Shown piece after piece: positions 26,182 through 38,454 of a DNA stretch of 64,000 nucleotides. Made by a program: the position numbers and the translations under genes. Below the pieces are notes generated by a model that was not told the DNA's origin, did not search any database, and worked only from the letters and a program-made list of their open reading frames with translations. The number at the start of each line of letters is the position of its first letter. Positions within the stretch are counted from its first letter, which is position 1. The DNA is from Dendrobates tinctorius (Eukaryota), in NCBI RefSeq assembly GCF_039654945.1, contig NW_027361812.1:15810001-15874000 (forward strand). Reading direction: 5' to 3'.

Positions 26182-27039
26182 CACTGCATCAGCAGAGGAT
26201 TGTTAGTGAGGGATGATGGTATTATACCTAAAGCCATTGGTATTTTGGTATTTGCAGTTCTGATCTTCCATGCACAACAAAAAGGCAGAGACCAGAACTT
26301 TCCCTCCAGTGATCTAAGCCACAAGCATTTATTGCACACGTATGTTTGGGAGATGCTTTCCTAGATAAGAATTAACATTTCAACGCACAGAGCAGAAAAC
26401 AGCAGTGAACAAAGCCTTCCACATGGCTGACATCTATTACACACGTCCTGTCTTATCTGATGGGGGTTATGTCTGTAAATACATATCTCAGGGATTAGTG
26501 GCTATAAGGAAATATTATATCCCACTTCCAATCCTATCAAATGTAAAGCCACTTTCCTTTTTTTTTTCTAAAAAAAATCCATTTTAAGGGCAGACTGCTG
26601 AATTTTTGCTCTATCCCATTTTAGAAAGAAGTAATTAGATGACATGGTAGGTGCAATAAATTAATGTTAATTAGCTAATTAAATCTATAATCTCTGTTGA
26701 TTTAAGCCATAGTCATTTCTTTAATGATAATGGTGAGAAAAATAAATATAATATACTTTTTTTTTTATTGGGGAACCCTAGGGAAAAAGGAGCAGCCATT
26801 AAATTCCTTGTTCAAATTGGTGGTCAACCACTATCGAAATAAATGATATAGTTCTTAAAATCCAAGTGATGCGAGTCACCCATTGACCTATTGCACCAAT
26901 GGTGGCTCAGCCATGTTTAGTAGCAGGTGCTATACCGCCCTACTGGCACCAGGTGACGCTGTGGCCTCATTGTCTTCTTTTCCTTCTTTGGGGCCTTGAG
27001 TTTGTTCTGCCAACATATCAGATACGTTTCACAGGCTCC

Positions 27040-27125
27040 CATCAATAACCTCCTGGGGTCATCAAGCCAAATTTATGACTGGCCAACAGAGTCACGTGAC
27101 TCTATTTAAACATCCCATATTTGGG
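27040..27125 (+). promoter_or_regulatory. hoxc5 proximal promoter
   Basis: CCATCAATAA (Pbx/Hox), TTTATGA, a perfect 16-bp palindrome AGAGTCACGTGACTCT (27088-27103, E-box), TATTTAAA (27103-27110) and CArG box CCATATTTGG (27115-27124). Confidence 0.7.
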
Positions 27126-27279
27126 CAGAGCACATAGAATAAAGAAAGAGGATTCCCCAGCTATAAATTCTGCACTTTAGAGAACAAAACCCCTGAACTT
27201 CAAAGGGCCACAAATCAAGGCTAATCAAAGGGTGCAAAAAAAATAATAATACTAATAATAATCATCATCAGCTGCAGCC

Positions 27280-27742
27280 ATGAGCTCATACGTGGCCAAT
27301 TCATTCTATAAGCAAAGTCAAAATGTTCCTGCCTATTCCATGCAAAGTTATGGGAATTATGGATCTGTATCCGAGGTCCCTTCGTCCAGGTATTGCTACA
27401 GTGGGTTGGATCTGAGCATTACATTCCCATCTCCGGGTTCTTCAAACTCTCTAAACGGTCTGGACATGCCTTCAAACCCCAGCAGCACCTCTGAGCGGCC
27501 CTCCTGTACTGTCATGGGCTCTGCTGGGCACAGTCTGGGCAGAGGAGATCAGGGCGCCCTAAGCCCTGGGATTTACAATCAGAAAGCTGCCAGCACTTCG
27601 TTGGAGGACAGATCTAAAGGGATCGAGAACATCAAAGCAGAGCCGGTCCAAACAGCCCCACAAGGACAGCAACAACCCCAGCAGGGGCAGCAGCAGCCGC
27701 CCCAAATATACCCCTGGATGACCAAACTGCATATGAGCCATG
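27280..27742 (+). CDS. hoxc5: Homeobox protein Hox-C5, exon 1
   Basis: MSSYVANSFYKQSQNVPAYSMQSYGNYGS...PQIYPWMTKLHMSH. Donor G|GTAAAC at 27742/27743. Confidence 0.98.
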
Positions 27743-27794
27743 GTAAACTTTCACTTCTCGCTTTTGTTTCATAAGGGTTTTTTTTTTTTTGCAT

Positions 27795-27945
27795 TGGTTT
27801 TTATAGGCCATGCGGGGCAAATAATAAAAAAAAAAACCCGAGGTCGTAAATTTTACGACTTAGGCATCAATTGCTCGTAAAACTGTCCACTAAAAGGCTT
27901 ACAGGCTATAGACGTTCAAATTTATGACAGCATAATTGGATCATA
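27795..27945. promoter_or_regulatory. Intronic HB1-like element of hoxc5
   Basis: Near-palindrome GTCGTAAATTTTACGAC (27843-27859), plus CTCGTAAAA, TTTATGAC and TAATTG. Confidence 0.65.
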
Positions 27946-28344
27946 GGAACAAAACGTGGAGAAAAGACAATAATTTCATTTTTTTAGGGGGGGGCAGAAT
28001 ATAAGGATTTTTATTCTTACGAAAAAAAAAATTACTTTTCCTATACTTTTATTTATTAAATATGCCTGTAACCTGTGGTCGCAGCGAAATATTCCAAGTA
28101 GAGGGGCTTTAGACTTTAGGGATTGCTTGCTGTTTTTTTTTTTTAATTGCATGTTTTGCTTTTTAAGTGAAATAATACAGTGATATGTAAATGTGTTCAC
28201 TATTTGGCATGTGAGGAATATAATGGATAGTGCAGGGGATTAGTATCAGAAGGTGGGAGATTTGATTTTTGTTCTTTCATCAAGGATCCTTTTTGATGAT
28301 TCCTATTTTTTTAATGCTCACCCCTACTCCCTTGTCCCCTCTAG

Positions 28345-28559
28345 AGACTGATGGCAAGCGTTCCCGGACCAGCTACACTCGCTACCAAACCCTGGAACTT
28401 GAGAAAGAATTCCATTTTAACAGATACCTGACACGTCGCAGGCGCATAGAAATCGCCAACAATCTGTGTTTAAACGAGAGGCAGATCAAGATCTGGTTCC
28501 AAAACCGAAGGATGAAGTGGAAGAAGGACTCTAAAGTCAAAAGCAAAGACTCACTTTAA
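28345..28559 (+). CDS. hoxc5: Homeobox protein Hox-C5, exon 2 (homeodomain)
   Basis: Polypyrimidine tract plus ctAG 28343-28344, phase 1. Encodes [64 protein letters not shown]. Spliced CDS 463+215 nt = 225 aa. Confidence 0.98.
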
Positions 28560-29582
28560 GAAGGGAACCTTGAAGGAGCTTAGATGTTTAACCTTGCATT
28601 TGCTACATCTACTTTCAGAAACTTTTTCTTTTTTTAATTTTTCTCTTCTTGTATGAGGGGAGGTGGAAGAGATCAAGGGAAGGTAAAAATCTTGATGACT
28701 GCACCTAAGATCTCCCCTAATACACCCCACTCGTGTATAGATAATGTACGGATCTGTATTTTGTCCATTAAGTGTATTATTTTGACCAAGGTGGAGTGAA
28801 AAAAAAAAAAAAAAAACTAAACTAAAATTTCTCTAGGCAGCTCGCTCCTTGCTTCGGTTTACACGTCCAGGCTGTATTGTATAGACTTACAATCTGTCCA
28901 GGGTCAAGGAAAGTTCTTCAGAAAAAAAAAATGCTAATCAGGCTACTGGGCTGAAAGGGCAGGGAAAGTGTGGCTGTATTATATTGTGCTTATTATAATA
29001 GGGGGGTTGCTGGCCAGTTAGATGGGGGAATTATCTAAGGGAAAAGAACACAAGGCTAAATAAAGTTTCAGGCCGAAACTTTACTATTTGTTAAATAGAG
29101 TATTGTAGATGCACACTAGAATGTGTGTACATCCTAACATTTCCTCCATGCACTTGTATAGTCTCCATTATGTCACCATTATTACCAAGTGAACTTGTTC
29201 TTTTTATGTCCCATTGATAGGTAGCATTTTTTTGTTCTTTTCTATTGGGTCTGAATCGTCCACATCTTCTCCCAGTCCCTTAAACTATGGTATAATTTCT
29301 TATACTGTATTTCTGTGCAGGATCCATTACCATGGAGGGGCATGATGGAAAGGACCATTGGACTTGTTATTTTTTTGTGTAATTTATTGTATTTTGTTGT
29401 TGTTTTGATGCTTTTGTTTCATTTTTTAGTAATTAATGCTGAAGTGTATAAAGCCACAATTTGTACGTCATCGTTTTAATATAACCCTTCCTAGTCAGTT
29501 CTACTCAATAATGTAAACTCATATATTTATTGCTTTCAATTTCATATGTGAGAAATCATGAATCCTATATTTTGTCATATTG

Positions 29583-29588
29583 AATAAA
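29583..29588 (+). terminator. Candidate hoxc5 polyadenylation signal
   Basis: AATAAA ~1 kb after the stop codon, at the end of an AU-rich UTR-like tract. Confidence 0.5.
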
Positions 29589-30749
29589 CTGCAAGTAATA
29601 TAACAGTTGAACTGAATGGCAACTTTATCTTGGCTTTCACATTCATTTCTGCAGGGGAGAGAGATATGGTCACTTCTTTTTTTTGGTCACAGATGTTCAA
29701 TATAAAACATCTCATATGCCTTTAGATAACATGGGGTCTTCAATGACTAAATTTGAAATATAGAATAACAATTCCATTTTATGTGTGGTTGTTTCGCATA
29801 CACACATTCATACACACCTTATCATTGCTGATGTAGCAGAGCTGAGTCTGTCATCTATGGGCTTGGCATCAGATATGACTGCAGGTAAACTTATTAGTTA
29901 TTATGGTTCACAGATAAAGAAAAGGATACATACCNNNNNNNNNNNNNNNNNNNNNNNNNNNNNNNNNNNNNNNNNNNNNNNNNNNNNNNNNNNNNNNNNN
30001 NNNNNNNNNNNNNNNNNNNNNNNNNNNNNNNNNNNNNNNNNNNNNNNNNNNNNNNNNNNNNNNNNNNNNNNNNNNNNNNNNNNNNNNNNNNNNNNNNNNN
30101 NNNNNNNNNNNNNNNNNNNNNNNNNNNNNNNNNNNNNNNNNNNNNNNNNNNNNNNNNNNNNNNNNNNNNNNNNNNNNNNNNNNNNNNNNNNNNNNNNNNN
30201 NNNNNNNNNNNNNNNNNNNNNNNNNNNNNNNNNNNNNNNNNNNNNNNNNNNNNNNNNNNNNNNNNNNNNNNNNNNNNNNNNNNNNNNNNNNNNNNNNNNN
30301 NNNNNNNNNNNNNNNNNNNNNNNNNNNNNNNNNNNNNNNNNNNNNNNNNNNNNNNNNNNNNNNNNNNNNNNNNNNNNNAAATAGTGATATAAATACATAT
30401 GCCAAACTATGTAATGTAATCACAAAAATCTACATTTGTTTGGAGTGACTATAAAATATATATATTTTTTAAGATAAAATATAATTAGGAAATATATATA
30501 TATCAAAATGACATACCTGGGAATCACCTTTAATCGCGAAATTTCTATTCCAGAGTCCCAAGCCAAAGTAATAACCTATATTGTAAAACTAACCCAAAGA
30601 AGTGCAGGAATACACCACTCTCAGTCAAAATTGTTCTCTTGGTGTGTAAATTTCAATTCAAGACTTGGATCCTGAGAAACTGATTCCATTGTGTGATCTG
30701 CCTGAGATCTATTTACAGTAGGGACAAATGCTTGGAATAAGTTAAGGGG

Positions 30750-30930
30750 ATCATAAAACTTTATGGCACTTCCGTTACACGTTGCAGACAAAAGAGCAGC
30801 TTCCTGACATTGGAGCCTTTGAAGATGAATCCTAGACCTGAAAACTTGTTGTTTTATCTTTTTTAATCACAGATTGTTGAAAATATCAGCGCTATCTGAC
30901 GTTTTATGGCCGCTCTGTAATTACCTTGTT
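30750..30930. promoter_or_regulatory. Candidate Hox/Cdx-responsive element 3' of hoxc5
   Basis: CATAAAACTTTATGG, ACTTCCG (ETS), TGACA and TTTTATGGCC...TAATTA. Confidence 0.45.
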
Positions 30931-31894
30931 CTGTGCCTTGCTGGTTTTTGATGTTGTCAGGTATATAGATCATTTTGTCAATCTGGATTTTCTTAGATTT
31001 TCTATGTGCCACTGTCAGTTAATACAGTGGTCTCTGTCATGGTGGTGACATAATCTCTCTAATTTCGATTAACCTCTAATTTTCTCAAATAATATCGAAA
31101 CATTTTAAAGTTTAGATTATTTATCCAGATACTTATTTTTTTATCACACATTTGTCAAACTAGCCAAATATATAACAATAAAGTGTTCATAGATAGCTGA
31201 ATTTGTCTTTAAGCACTACTCAGCTTCTGATCACTTTACATAGGACTGCTTATATTTGCTCACAAAAAAAGTAAAAGCTCTTCTGTAATACAAATAACAC
31301 ACATATTCTACACATGTATCATCTGTCTACTCAGTTGTGGTCTTTCAAACATTCACACCCACGATTCATGTTGAAGTAGGAAGTTTGACAACATCCACTG
31401 ACTGTACATGATATTGCAAGTTTAGCTCCATTGACCCTCACTTTACATCATGAACCCCCTTATAATACAATGGACACTAGCCTATAAAAGCCCACATCTC
31501 TAATAATAGTGCCCTCACTGTATAATGCACATTAACCCTAGCAGAGCAGAGATCAGGTCCACTTACAGTGCAAGGAGCTGACATCACATCTGAATAATGC
31601 AGCAACGACTCCAGACTAAAACACTGAGTCATCTTGCAGATTAAAAAAAAAAAGTAAAAATGTAGGAAAAGTTCTTGATAAGGAAAAAAAAGGCCACTTA
31701 CCTTTCCTGTAACAAGTGTGACCTCCATTAGGTAGGCACACATTAATACAGATTTTTAAGTCCATGACTGCATTTAGTATAAGAGAGAACATTAGGGCAA
31801 ATACTTCTGGCTACTATGTGAATTTAGGAGTTTAAAAGTTTGGAAAAGGTTATTTATGTGGATGGCCATAAGGAAGGACCCTGAATGGTGCTCC

Positions 31895-32000
31895 TGCAGC
31901 ACGTGATGTCATTAAAGTAAGTTTTATGGTTTGGGGGAGCTGACAAAGCTACAATGTATTTACATCATATATAATCTTAACTGTCCACCATCGCAGCTGC
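31895..32000 (+). promoter_or_regulatory. Conserved-type Hox5-Hox4 intergenic element / candidate distal promoter
   Basis: CACGTG 31900-31905, TGTCA 31907-31911, TTTATGG 31923-31929, TGACA 31941-31945 and TATATAA 31968-31974 within 75 bp. Confidence 0.55.
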
Positions 32001-32974
32001 TGGGGCTCTTTAATGCTGGGACAGTGGGACAAGGCAGTTAGTGTGGATTACGTCGCCTCCTGAAAGCTCATCTGCCAAAAGGACCCCAGGCAAATCCAAG
32101 GGCTTCTTTTCCCCCTTTTCTTTTATTTTATGTACCATTGAGGAATTTCTAAGGTAACTTTTTATATTTAGAAGAATCACATTGTATGCCAGCTCATATA
32201 GTGGATATATGATATATATATGATTTGTCATGTGTAGTGATGAGGACTTGGGGCAATGCATTGGGCTTCACACCTCCAATTTGGCTTCCTAGTTTAGCAT
32301 TATGTTCTATAAAGTATGTTTGGAAAGGACTTTATAGCAGTGGGGGAGGGTGGAGGGAAGAGATCAGACCTTACAGATGGGGTGTAAAGGATGGTAACAG
32401 ATATAGGTGACTGGATGGGACTGTGTGAAGAGGAAGGGAGCAGAAGTTTGCAGGCTTCAGGAAAGTTTGTGGTGCAGGAGATGTACATGCGCAATATCAA
32501 GGAAGGTTTATCAAGATGTCTGCAGATTTAACCCTACCTGGTACAGGCTTGGACTCAACAGGTCCAACAAAGGTGTGGGTCCCTAATTGGGACTAATGCA
32601 AAGCTGAAAATACAGGACAAATAAAGTCCCTAGTGATAGATACAGGCAGTGATCGGGCTCGCCCCTCTCAGCCATATATATTAGTACTGAAATCCAGTCT
32701 CATGCACTTTAGTGATATCTAGTCACGGATCCTTCTTACCATATGTGTCAGTGACTCAAACGCTCCTTATCCCCAAAGTCATCAGTACAGAGTCCGCCAG
32801 GTGAGCTGCGAGTGTGTGCGGCGCCCAACACACGGGGCTCCTTTTTGAGACTGCTGTAGTAAATACTTTAGATATTTTCAGCATGGTTTCAGGCCAAATG
32901 TACATCAAAGGATATATTGTACAGACAAAGAGCACCCAGATGTGGTGCAGAAAGAATGGGAAAGATAGGGATGA

Positions 32975-33375
32975 GCAGATATAGACAAGCAGATAGACAG
33001 ATAGAAAGATATATAGATAGGCAGACAGAAACAAAAAGAAAGAAGGAAAGAAAGAAACATAGACTGATAAATAGATAGAAAGATATATAGATAAGCAAGC
33101 AGACAGACAGAAACAAGCAGAAAGAAAGAAAGAAAGAAAGAATAGACAAGCAGATAGACAGATAGAAAGATATATAGATAGGCAGACAGACAGAAACAAA
33201 AAGAAAGAAGGAAAGGAAGAAAGAAAAATAGACTGATAAATAGATAGAAAGATATATAGATAAGCAAGCAGACAGAAACAAGCAAACATTTAGAAAGAAA
33301 GAAAGAATAGACAAATAGATAGATAGATAGATAGATAGATAGATGGGCAAGCAGACAGATAGAAACAAGCAAACA
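32975..33375. repeat. Compound GATA/GACA/GAAA tandem repeat
   Basis: Repeated blocks such as AGATAGAAAGATATATAGATA..GCAGACAGAAACAA. Confidence 0.85.
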
Positions 33376-35209
33376 NNNNNNNNNNNNNNNNNNNNNNNNN
33401 NNNNNNNNNNNNNNNNNNNNNNNNNNNNNNNNNNNNNNNNNNNNNNNNNNNNNNNNNNNNNNNNNNNNNNNNNNNNNNNNNNNNNNNNNNNNNNNNNNNN
33501 NNNNNNNNNNNNNNNNNNNNNNNNNNNNNNNNNNNNNNNNNNNNTTGATAAAAAGAAGTGAATTCTAAATTGTATGAGAATGGATAGATGCATAAATAAA
33601 GAAATGATATATAAATGTAAAGGCGATAGATATATAGATGAGATAGACTGATATATTCATAGACAGATAGGCATAAAGACATATAAGATAAGATGATGGA
33701 TGATAGACAGATAGAGATGTAGTTGAGATAAACAGACATGAAAACTCATAAGATATAAAAATAGATATGAATTAGAAAGATAGAAAAGAGAGATTATGCG
33801 TATTAATAGATTTGGATAGATGGATCAATAGATTAAATATGACTAAAATATGAATTATACTTTGTTGAATTAATAAATAATTTAACAATAAAGAGTGAAA
33901 TACATATTTCTACATATATAAAGATAGATTTAGGAAGATGAATAGATGTATTGATAAAGAAGATATAGATCTTATAGATCTGATAGCTAGATAAATGGAA
34001 CTGATTGGATACAGTTATTTAGATTAATTTATAGGACTACATGGATTAATAGATGATGACAAGGTACAGAGATTTTTGGCTAAACAGTCGATTTCTGAGG
34101 AGTTGCACCCACTTACATGGCCCTATGAAAGCAGGACAGATTGATCTTGGATTTGCTTTTTCTTGGTTTATGGGACTCTTTACTCACAGAAAAGTCTGCA
34201 GGTTTTTATGGTGCCAGGGAAAGGCAGACTATAAAAAAGTGAGTAAATAGAAATGAATTTCTGCTTCTATTGTTTGCAGACCATGCCTACTTCTGTTTTA
34301 CCTCTTCAGTTTCTACTAGGTAGGATATAGATGGAGCTACCATCAGGGACAAATAGCGCAAGAGCAGTGACAATGCCCCACTGGGTTTAATTAATTGGAA
34401 TCATTTTACAAGGATTGATGTTACATTGCAGAAACAGTCATTATGACAATTTATTCATTGTGAGTCAAGAAAAATAAACTGTGCCCAAAACCTAGACGTG
34501 GACTTGTGAGCAGGAAGATGTAATATTTTATTTCAAGTGTTATTCCACTAGAATGACATTGTATGAAAATCAGGATTGATTGCTCTAAACCAAAAATGTT
34601 AAAATGCCAAGAAAAAAGAAAGGCAAAAACCCCCCAGAAGGTCTTAGTAACATATCAAACAAACAAGTAAATCATATATAAAATTCATTATAAATATCAG
34701 TAGTAAAAAATAAATGTATAATATAAAACTTTGTACAATAAAGTGAACAAGAGGATCTGAAGGAGATAATTCAGGGTCATATTCTGTTATTGATTGGGCT
34801 CTTTTCTTCCTAGCTCTTGGTGCTCTGCTCTGTAGGAGGTGCTGAGTGCAGCAGGAAGGTGCTGGATTCCTGTCTCAGCCACTCAAGTTCAACTTTGCAT
34901 ATGTAGGAGTGGATGGCACAAGTGCAGGGATGAAATCTGACTGAAGAATCAAGGGGGCAGGGACTTGGATGAGAACCTGGCAGTGTGGCACCATTGGTAT
35001 ATATGTACATAGAAGTGCTTTGCTTAAAGTACATGTATAAACCTGTAGCAGAGTGACACCTATGGCAAAAGATCACAATACAGACTTACAATGTATAATT
35101 TGAGTCATTCAAACAGTGGATTTCTGGAGAAACTGTATTTTCTCAACCTCATTGCATTTAGTGTATTATGGTGTTGATTTGGATAATACCAATTATACAG
35201 TAATTTATT

Positions 35210-36355
35210 ATGAAACACAGGGCAGTACAACTATAGGTACAGGACAGTGCAACAATATTGTAAGTACAGGGCAACACAGCTGTATGGTAAGTACAGGGCA
35301 GTACAGCTATGAGTACAGGACTTTATAACTATATAATCAGAGCAGGACAGTACAACTCTATAATAAGTACAGGGCAGTACATCTATAAGTACAGGAGTTT
35401 ATAGCTATACAAGTACAGGGCAGTACAGCTGCATTGTAACGTTCAGTATAATACAACTGTATTATAACTACATGGTAATATAATTGTACTATAAACATGA
35501 GGCTGACAAAATTAAAGGGAATCTGTCACCAGGTTTTTGCGACCCCATCTGATGGCAGCATGATGTAGGGGCTGAAAGCCTGTTTCCAGCCAAGTGACAC
35601 TTATTGGGTGGCATGTTACATTTTTTTTTAACCAAATCCCTGTTTTATCTGCTGGAGATCTAGCAGTTCTCTGAGTCCTCAGCTCTGTATAACCCCGCCC
35701 ACACCAAATGATTGGCAGCTTTATGTGTAGACTGTACATAGGCAGAAAGCTGCCTCTCAGGGGTGGGGGCGGGGTTATACAGAGTTCATGAGTATGGAGG
35801 ACTACCTAGAAGCAGGTTTACTGGTTAGTCCTCTAGTGATAATCTACTGCTCATAAATTGATTTTTTTGGAATCACAGTAAGTGACATATCACTGGAAAC
35901 AATTTTTCTTTCAAATTAGAAGTAAAAAATCTGATAACAGATTTCCATTACATACAGGGCAATACAACTATGTTACAAGTACAGTGTGGTACGATCATAA
36001 GTGCACAGTAGCACAACCATATTTTAAGTATAAGGCAGTACAACTATATAATCAACACAAGGCAGTGCATCTATATTACAAGTACAGGGCAGTACAAATA
36101 TATAATAAATACAGGGCAGTACAGCTATACTAGTGTATCAGGCAGTATAACTATTATTATAAAGTACAAGGCAGTATAACAATAATATGAGTACAGGGTA
36201 TGAAAACTATATAATCAATACAGGGCAGTACAGCTATATTAAAAGTACAGGGCAGTATAAGTGCAGGGTAGTGCAACTATGAGTACAAAGCAGTACAACT
36301 ATATTATCAATACAGGGCAGTACAACTATTTTCTAAGTATAAAGCTGTATAACTT
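35210..36355. repeat. Degenerate minisatellite (AGTACAGGGCAGTACAACTATA-like), interrupted by a MITE
   Basis: Many diverged copies of TACAGGGCAGTACA on both sides of 35516-35947. Confidence 0.8.
35516..35947. mobile_element. Kolobok/T2-family MITE
   Basis: TTAA|AGGGAATCTGTCACCAGG left end, degenerate CTGATAACAGATTTCC right end, internal inverted TATAACCCCGCCC/GGGCGGGGTTATA. Confidence 0.75.
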
Positions 36356-36455
36356 TATTATCAGACATGCTATACTACCTGTATATGTTTACAGTTGGGT
36401 ATAAAACATGTCTGGAATGTCCTGATAACTTTCTCTACACTCACACACATCTTAC

Positions 36456-37488
36456 CTGTGACCAGTGGGGTACCACAGGGGTCGGTGTTGGGACCTATTC
36501 TCTTCAACATATTTATTAACGATCTGGTAGAAGGTTTGCACAGTAAAATATCGATATTTGCAGATGATACAAAACTATGTAAAGCAGTCAATACAAGAGA
36601 AGATAGTATTCTGCTACAGATGGATCTGGATAAGTTGAGAACTTGGGCCGAAAGGTGGCAGATGCAGTTTAACAATGATAAATGTAAGGTTATACACATG
36701 GGAAGAAGGAATCAATATCACCATTACACACTGAACGGGAAACCACTGGGTAAATCTGACATGGAGAAGGACTTGGGGATCCTAGTTAATGATAAACTTA
36801 CCTGGAGTAGCCAGTGCCAGGCAGCGGCTGCCAAGGCAAACAGGATCATGGGGTGCATTAAAAGAGGTCTGGATACACATGATGAGAGCATTATACTGCC
36901 TCTGTACAAATCTCTGGTTAGACCGCACATGGAGTACTGTGTACAGTTTTGGGCACCAGTGCTCAGGAAGGATAAAATGGAACTAGAGCGGGTACAAAGG
37001 AGGGCAACAAAATTAATAAAGGGGATGGGGGAACTACAATACCCAGAGAGATTAGCAAAATTAGGATTATTTAGTCTAGAAAAAAGACGACTGAGGGGCG
37101 ATCTAATAACCATGTTTAAGTATATAAGGGGACAATACAAATATCTCTCCGAGGATCTGTTTATACCAATGAAGGTGACGGTCACAAGGGGGCATTCTCT
37201 GCGTCTGGAGGAGAAAAGGTTTTTCCACCAACATAGAAGAGGATTCTTTACTGTTAGGGCAGTGAGAATCTGGAGTTCCTTGCCTGAGGAGGTGGTGATG
37301 GCTAACTCAGTCGAAGGGTTCAGGAGAGGCCTGGATGTCTTCCTGGAGCGTAACAATATTGTATCTTACAGTTATTAGGTTCTTTAGAAGGACGTAGATC
37401 TGGAGATTTATTCTGACAGAATTTTATAGGCTGAACTGGATGGACTAATGTCTTTTTTCGGCCTTACTAACTATGTTACTATGTTACT
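36456..37488 (+). mobile_element. CR1 LINE, 5'-truncated, RT C-terminal region with intact frame
   Basis: [21 protein letters not shown]...FADDTKL...LVRPHMEYCVQFWAP...LERVQRRATK...TRGH, stop at 37378. Short 3'UTR with GGCTGAACTGGATGGAC and terminal (ACTATGTT)n, typical of CR1. Confidence 0.95.
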
Positions 37489-37636
37489 TGCTTCCTACAT
37501 GATGCATTGAATGAAGCCAAGCTCTCCTGGTAACACTGTAGTCCAGTATTGAAACATTTGTGAACATTTAGCTCAACATGTTCTATATATGCAACGAATA
37601 GTGGGTTGTCCAATCTTACGTACCTTTGGTACCCAT

Positions 37637-37813
37637 GGGGGATGGATATACCATTGGTGCAATTTGTGCTGCTGCACAGGGGCCCATGAGGTACAGGGGC
37701 CACTTTCACATCAAAAGTAGCAAGCAGCTTCTGTCACAGACACCGCATTGGACAGCAAAGGGCCCATTTACTGTCCTTGCACAGGGGCCCTCTTGTGTCT
37801 GCGCCCACCACTG
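37637..37813 (+). mobile_element. ~175-bp hAT-type MITE (family copy 1)
   Basis: 8-bp TSD GTACCCAT at 37629-37636 and 37814-37821; similar to the copies at 41863, 43650 and 48059. Confidence 0.75.
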
Positions 37814-37930
37814 GTACCCATAACCAAATTTGCTATCCTCTTTATCCAACCTCCTTCAGCAGCACTTGAGTTCAGGATATGAAAAAAATATTATTTGGTC
37901 TCCTCTTTGTGCCTTTTCTTTTTTTGTTAA

Positions 37931-38436
37931 AGGGAATCTATCACCCCATTTTAGCGCTCTAAGCTGCGGCCACCGCCATCAGTAATGCTGTAATGCTGTA
38001 ATGCTGTAGATAAGCCCCCGATGAAACCTGAAAGATAAGAAAAACACGTTAGATTATACTCACTGGGGGGACGCGGTCGGGTGCGGTGGGTGTCGCGGTC
38101 CGGTCCGGCGCCTCCCATCTTCATACGATTATGTCCTCCTCCTTGCTTCTCCCTCGGCTCCTGCGCAGGTGTGCTTTCTCTGCCCTATTGAGGGCAGAGT
38201 AAAGTACTGCAGTGCGCAGGCGCTGGGAAAGGTCAGAGAGGTCTGGCGCCTGCGCACTGCAGTACTCTGCTCTGCCCTCAGGAGCTGAGGGAGAAGCAAG
38301 GAGGAGGACATCATCGAATGAAGATGGGAGGCGCCGGACCGGACTGCGACACCCATTGGACTGGACCGAATGCCAGGGAAGCCCCTGATGGCGGTGGCCG
38401 CAGCTTATAGCGCTAAAATGGGGTGACAGATTCCCT
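37931..38436. mobile_element. Kolobok/T2-family MITE, young and CpG-rich
   Basis: TTAA|AGGGAATCTATCACCCCATTTTAGCGCT ... AGCGCTAAAATGGGGTGACAGATTCCCT|TTAA, with nested internal inverted repeats. Confidence 0.9.
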
Positions 38437-38454
38437 TTAACAATAAAAGAAAAG

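Noticed and set aside
27743-28344. miR-615 in the hoxc5 intron
   Set aside because: No GC-rich miR-615 hairpin is present; the gene is eutherian-specific.
35210-36355. miR-10 gene or miR-10 sponge (repeated TACAGGG)
   Set aside because: No ACCCTGTAGA mature sequence or hairpin found by eye. Almost all units read ACAGGGC rather than the ACAGGGT seed match, and nothing indicates transcription.
36724-37356. 210-aa antisense ORF in the CR1
   Set aside because: Shadow frame of the RT coding strand.
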